Part shown: piece by piece, positions 18,003-20,000 of the stretch
How the letters are laid out: each line of letters starts with the position of its first letter
Numbering within the stretch: the first letter of the stretch is position 1
From: an uncultured virus (IMG/VR IMGVR_UViG_3300042889_002336)
Taxonomy: Duplodnaviria > Heunggongvirae > Uroviricota > Caudoviricetes
IMG/VR virus record: IMGVR_UViG_3300042889_002336
Length of the DNA stretch: 20,000 bases
Strand: one strand, 5' to 3'
The notes under the pieces: generated by a model
What the model was told of the DNA's origin: nothing
Database searches by the model: none
Seen by the model: the letters and a program-made list of their open reading frames with translations, nothing else
Made by a program: the position numbers and the translations under genes

Positions 18003-18024
18003 AACATATCTTTTTGATTGTACC

Positions 18025-18056
18025 TAAATATACGGAGAAAAAAGGAGGGGAGCAAC
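18025..18056 (-). promoter_or_regulatory. Host-type promoter GTTG-N20-TATATTTA
   Basis: GTTG 18056-18053, spacer ctcccctccttttttctccg (20 nt), TATATTTA 18032-18025, 22 nt before ATG 18002. Confidence 0.7.
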
Positions 18057-18108
18057 TATTTTACAAGTTATTTTCGAAGAATCGCCGCGCAAGATTTTTT
18101 ATATATCC

Positions 18109-18741
18109 CTAATAAATTATGCATTCCCCTACCGTAAACAATGCTCCTACCTCGCGAATCTTATCAAAAGCCTCAAAAGGGGTTACCTTGAAAAACTCTC
18201 TAGAACCTCCTCTATCAGAAGAAACCCTAACGGAAGAAAAATGCTTGTGAACGGCCTTCTCCACTTTTAAAGCAGAGCCTTTCTTTACAGGAAGAGCAAA
18301 TTTTGGAACCCATTCCTCAACTGTGGCTGTAGCGTTTATTGCCGTGACTCTCCTAGGAACGTCATGAATGGTCATTCCTATCTTAACGAGGGAAGTATAC
18401 CCGGGATTAACCAGAACGTAAACATACTCGATATCATCAGTAGACCTCTCCTGTATCTTCTTATTCTCTATACCATGGAAGTATCTCCAGGAGAAAGTAT
18501 TTGTATCCTGGTCTACTTGTCCTTCAGATACCTCTATAAGATATCTTGCCGAAAGAAAGTCAAGGAGTTTACCTGGAGATATATGTCTGTGTTTGGATTG
18601 TAGTGTAATGAAGTTCTCTTTCCACTTCTTTCCTACCTTAGGGTAAGGCAAAACAGACTCTGGTGAAGAATCAACAATAGTAATTTCCCCTATTAATTCC
18701 AAGGACATGGCCTCTGCCATACTAATTTTATCTCTATACAT
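18109..18741 (-). CDS. T5orf172-domain (GIY-YIG-like) protein
   Basis: C-terminal YVYVLVNPGYTSLVKIGMT...RRV...EKAVHKHF...REFFKV is the T5orf172/MUG113 pattern. The N-terminal ~100 aa are unrecognised. Confidence 0.85.
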   Translation of the reverse strand: MYRDKISMAEAMSLELIGEITIVDSSPESVLPYPKVGKKWKENFITLQSKHRHISPGKLLDFLSARYLIEVSEGQVDQDTNTFSWRYFHGIENKKIQERSTDDIEYVYVLVNPGYTSLVKIGMTIHDVPRRVTAINATATVEEWVPKFALPVKKGSALKVEKAVHKHFSSVRVSSDRGGSREFFKVTPFEAFDKIREVGALFTVGECIIY

Positions 18742-18756
18742 AACCGTTTTATTTTT

Positions 18757-18954
18757 TTAGTTGAAAAAATCTTCAAATACCGAAGTTAAGAAAGCACCTG
18801 CTACTATAGGCCAAGCAATAATAGTACCTAAGATCTCCATAAGAGTGAATGGTTCACTTGATCTTGTTAGACGAATGGATAGATCTACAAATGCTGCACA
18901 AATAAATCCAATAGCTCCGTATTGAATTAATACGTTTAAAATTAACGTTCCCAT
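18757..18954 (-). CDS. Small membrane protein (about two hydrophobic helices)
   Basis: 65 aa with hydrophobic segments ILNVLIQYGAIGFICAAFV and LMEILGTIIAWPIVAGAFL; has its own promoter. Confidence 0.75.
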   Translation of the reverse strand: MGTLILNVLIQYGAIGFICAAFVDLSIRLTRSSEPFTLMEILGTIIAWPIVAGAFLTSVFEDFFN

Positions 18955-18979
18955 AACCTTTTTGTTTTTAAATTATACA

Positions 18980-19011
18980 TAAAGATAAGAATTTATTAAC
19001 AATCTTCCAAC
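18980..19011 (-). promoter_or_regulatory. Host-type promoter GTTG-N20-TATCTTTA
   Basis: GTTG 19011-19008, 20-nt spacer, TATCTTTA 18987-18980, 25 nt before ATG 18954. Confidence 0.7.
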
Positions 19012-19424
19012 TTTTTTAAGGAAAAAAGGTCGAAATATTTCTGTAAAATAGCACATTTTTCATAATGCTCTACCAAAATAAAAGTCTCTATCATTTCTTC
19101 TAAAGCATATACAATAGCCTCCCTTCCGAATTCTTCCTCTATAATAGATAGCGTATCTGACTGTAGATCCTCAATGCTCCCGATATATTGCATAAGGTCT
19201 GTAAAATACCTTAGTTTAATATTTTCTTTATTGGAGAGATACTTTTCGCCTAACTTCTTTGTATATAAAAGATCCATTACATAATAATTCTCCACACCTG
19301 TTACCATTGTACCGAATCGAATAACTGGATCTTTTAGTAAATCCTCTACGTTATGTTCTTTATATACTTCCTCATCTGTAGCAGAAAATATATCAAATAT
19401 GCTGTTGCTATTTAGTCTTTTCAT
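18996..19424 (-). CDS. Hypothetical protein with a C-terminal UVR (UvrB/C)-like motif
   Basis: 142 aa. ALEEMIETFILVEHYEKCAILQKYFD resembles the ExYExAAxLRD motif. Preceded by TATTTATA 4 nt before the ATG. Confidence 0.65.
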   Translation of the reverse strand: MKRLNSNSIFDIFSATDEEVYKEHNVEDLLKDPVIRFGTMVTGVENYYVMDLLYTKKLGEKYLSNKENIKLRYFTDLMQYIGSIEDLQSDTLSIIEEEFGREAIVYALEEMIETFILVEHYEKCAILQKYFDLFSLKKLEDC

Positions 19425-19428
19425 CTTA

Positions 19429-19436
19429 TATAAATA
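19429..19436 (-). promoter_or_regulatory. Candidate late promoter TATTTATA
   Basis: Minus strand ataTATTTATAtaagATG. Confidence 0.5.
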
Positions 19437-19483
19437 TATATCTTTCTTATAATGAAAAATTTTCCGGAAAAAAACTGGGGGTA

Positions 19484-19515
19484 GTTGGAAAATTGATCAA
19501 AATGTTCTATATTAA
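19484..19515 (+). promoter_or_regulatory. Host-type promoter on the plus strand, GTTG-N20-TATATTAA
   Basis: GTTG 19484-19487, gaaaattgatcaaaatgttc (20 nt), TATATTAA 19508-19515. Same architecture as four minus-strand promoters, but no ORF follows. Confidence 0.6.
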
Positions 19516-19520
19516 ATATA

Positions 19521-19743
19521 AGAAATAAAAGTTCATAATACAATATAAGAGGTAGGTTAGGGGTATAGGTGGTAACCGTGCTAGGGTTTAGCAGCTATAT
19601 AGACCAAACTTTAGAGAGAGGACAACTTGGGCAGTAATTCTTCCTTTGGAAGGACTAGGATTGGATTGGTTGGGTCCATAACAACATCTCTCTTAAAGCT
19701 ATGTAGTATATATAAATATATACCCCCATACCTCAATTTTTAT
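19521..19743 (+). ncRNA. Candidate structured non-coding RNA (~220 nt, interrupted rod)
   Basis: Nested hand-folded helices: 19525-33/19735-43, 19549-54/19729-34, 19560-67/19719-26, 19595-602/19699-706, 19609-19/19687-98, 19620-27/19668-77. Hairpins at 19579-93 and 19638-54. Non-canonical pairs are G-U on the plus strand; it starts just after a promoter. Confidence 0.5.
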
Positions 19744-19818
19744 CAGAAATAGATTACTCTATGTGGCTCCGGATACCCGAGTACCAACCCGTTGAGGGAA
19801 CTTAACTATCAAACTTCT

Positions 19819-19851
19819 CTCAACTTGACCTCACCTTGACGTCACCTTGAC
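19819..19851. repeat. Three tandem 11-bp quasi-palindromic repeats (ctcaacttgac / ctcaccttgac / gtcaccttgac)
   Basis: Read directly; intergenic. Confidence 0.85.
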
Positions 19852-19855
19852 CTAC

Positions 19856-19882
19856 AAGAAAAAAAAGAGGCCTAAGCCTCTC
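19856..19882 (-). terminator. Intrinsic terminator
   Basis: Minus strand AGAGGC-TTAG-GCCTCT followed by TTTTTTTCTT. The stop codon of the upstream partial ORF lies in the loop. Confidence 0.85.
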
Positions 19883-20000
19883 TTATAAATTCTACCAAGT
19901 CTTCAAATCGATACCTAACTACTACTTTCTTATTCATTACAAAGCTAAAAGCTGTAAAGCCTACCCTTCCTATCTTTAATACATTGGCATGATGGCCTTT
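19872..20000 (-). CDS. 3' end of a hypothetical protein (partial)
   Basis: Open frame ...KGHHANVLKIGRVGFTAFSFVMNKKVVVRYRFEDLVEFIREA* from the window edge, ending in the terminator hairpin. Confidence 0.65.
   Translation of the reverse strand, partial: KGHHANVLKIGRVGFTAFSFVMNKKVVVRYRFEDLVEFIREA

Noticed and set aside
843..18603. Nine short plus-strand ORFs in the ORF track (60-88 aa)
   Set aside because: All lie antisense to longer, motif-bearing minus-strand genes, most start at non-ATG codons, and none has a promoter or recognisable motif; treated as shadow ORFs.
18109..18741. Intron- or intein-associated homing endonuclease
   Set aside because: The ORF is free-standing between intact small genes; no interrupted host gene or splice motifs were seen.
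19521..19800. tRNA or tmRNA in the intergenic region
   Set aside because: No cloverleaf, no T-loop GTTCRA motif, no acceptor stem with a 3' CCA.
19819..19851. Repeats considered as a mini CRISPR array
   Set aside because: Units are 11 bp and contiguous, with no spacers and no cas genes.

Overview
This AT-rich window is from a large contractile-tailed (myovirus-type) dsDNA phage. The host is most likely a Bacteroidota (Flavobacterium-like) bacterium, inferred from promoter architecture, the absence of Shine-Dalgarno motifs, a lipoprotein and adhesin-like repeats. All credible genes lie on the minus strand. Positions ~1-15342 hold a baseplate/tail-fibre module: a gp5/spike-like, gp25-like, gp6-like and gp7/P2-I-like protein, tail-collar-like paralogues and the start of a tail fibre. 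Directly upstream are a T4 gp55-like late sigma factor, an HD hydrolase, a lipoprotein, a T5orf172 protein and small ORFs. Two promoter classes can be read from the DNA: host-type GTTG-N20-TAnnTTWN (5 sites, all with a 20-nt spacer) and a candidate late motif TATTTATW. The most unusual element is the ~450-bp gene-free interval 19425-19871. It holds the only plus-strand promoter noticed, followed by a ~220-nt sequence that folds by hand into a long interrupted rod with G-U pairs only on the plus strand (candidate phage ncRNA, loosely 6S-like), then three helically phased 11-bp quasi-palindromic repeats. All protein assignments come from motif recognition by eye; no searches were run.
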